A stretch of 64,000 nucleotides of DNA from a virus, in the IMG/VR virus record IMGVR_UViG_3300005573_001621. The stretch is one strand, 5' to 3'. The notes beneath the pieces were generated by a model. The model saw only the letters and a program-made list of their open reading frames with translations. It was not told the DNA's origin and did not search any database. The position numbers and the translations under genes are program-made. Positions 63,597-64,000 of the stretch are shown piece after piece. Position 1 is the first letter of the stretch; each line of letters begins with the position of its first letter.

Positions 63597-63910
63597 ACCG
63601 CTCGAATTTTTTAAACAAAGTTCATCAGACATTTGACGATTGCTTGAAGCTCTTGCAAGCTAAAGGAGACTCTTATGCGGGGGCGCAAGATGTTACGGCT
63701 AACTTTAAAAGAGCCGCGAGTAGAGCTAAAATTACCCCTCTACAAGCATGGCTGGTGTTATTCAATAAGCACTTAGATGCCGTTGAGAGATACATTAGAG
63801 GAGAAAATTTAGAAGATCTGGAGAGCCTCCATTCAAGAGTAGTTGATCTCATAAACTATCTATTTCTTTTAGAAGCAATCGTTGACGAGAGGACAGATAA
63901 CAATGTTTAA
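63593..63910 (+). CDS. DUF1599/Nmad1-like (nucleotide-modification-associated) protein; probable ATA start
   Basis: KGDSYA...D..ANF, W.V.FNKHL, ES...RVVDLINY..L; frame open to ATA 63593 after GGAG. Confidence 0.7.
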   Translation: MDRSNFLNKVHQTFDDCLKLLQAKGDSYAGAQDVTANFKRAASRAKITPLQAWLVLFNKHLDAVERYIRGENLEDLESLHSRVVDLINYLFLLEAIVDERTDNNV

Positions 63911-64000
63911 ATTCTACACTGAAAAAATCTCTACTCTAAAAACTTCTGTTCTGCAAGTTCTAAAAGAAGCACTAGAGCTGCTCACTGAAATGCTGATCGT
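63903..64000 (+). CDS. 3' partial hypothetical protein
   Basis: ATG 63903, open to window end (MFKFYTEKISTLK...). Confidence 0.5.
   Translation, partial: MFKFYTEKISTLKTSVLQVLKEALELLTEMLI

Noticed and set aside
927-63632. All minus-strand ORFs and short nested plus-strand ORFs in the track (e.g. 10795..11346, 11130..11645, 22135..22446, 63231..63632)
   Set aside because: They are shadows of low-complexity or well-supported + strand genes, lack SDs and have no motifs
1-64000. Genome-wide stop-codon reassignment
   Set aside because: Conserved genes are intact in code 11, and TAG, TGA and TAA all end genes at sensible coupled boundaries; only one internal TAG was found

Overview
This is a 64-kb segment of a large lytic myovirus-like bacteriophage, with every credible gene on the + strand. 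It carries T4-type head and tail genes: terminase, gp21 protease, scaffold, gp23 capsid, gp19 tube, tape measure, gp6 wedge, spike and tail fibres. These are interleaved with a family A DNA polymerase, an intein-containing ThyX-like enzyme and ribosomal protein bS21. A replication/recombination block follows (SSB, RecA/UvsX, sigma factor, 5'-3' exonuclease, primase, RusA, dNMP kinase, DnaB, SbcCD), then a glycosyltransferase/methyltransferase cluster. An amidase, a lytic transglycosylase, bS21 and a sigma factor point to a bacterial host. No portal, tail sheath, tRNA or CRISPR array was recognised. The most unusual signals are: (1) a circularly permuted amidase; (2) a terminase split into nuclease-then-ATPase genes; (3) a likely +1 frameshift extension of the scaffold; (4) an in-frame amber codon in an exported protein within the tail module; (5) a candidate DNA hypermodification system; (6) an iteron-like non-coding region; (7) -10-only promoters before SD-less genes; (8) strong AGCT/CTAG enrichment with ACC/GGT depletion. 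All family calls come from reading motifs by eye; no searches were run.
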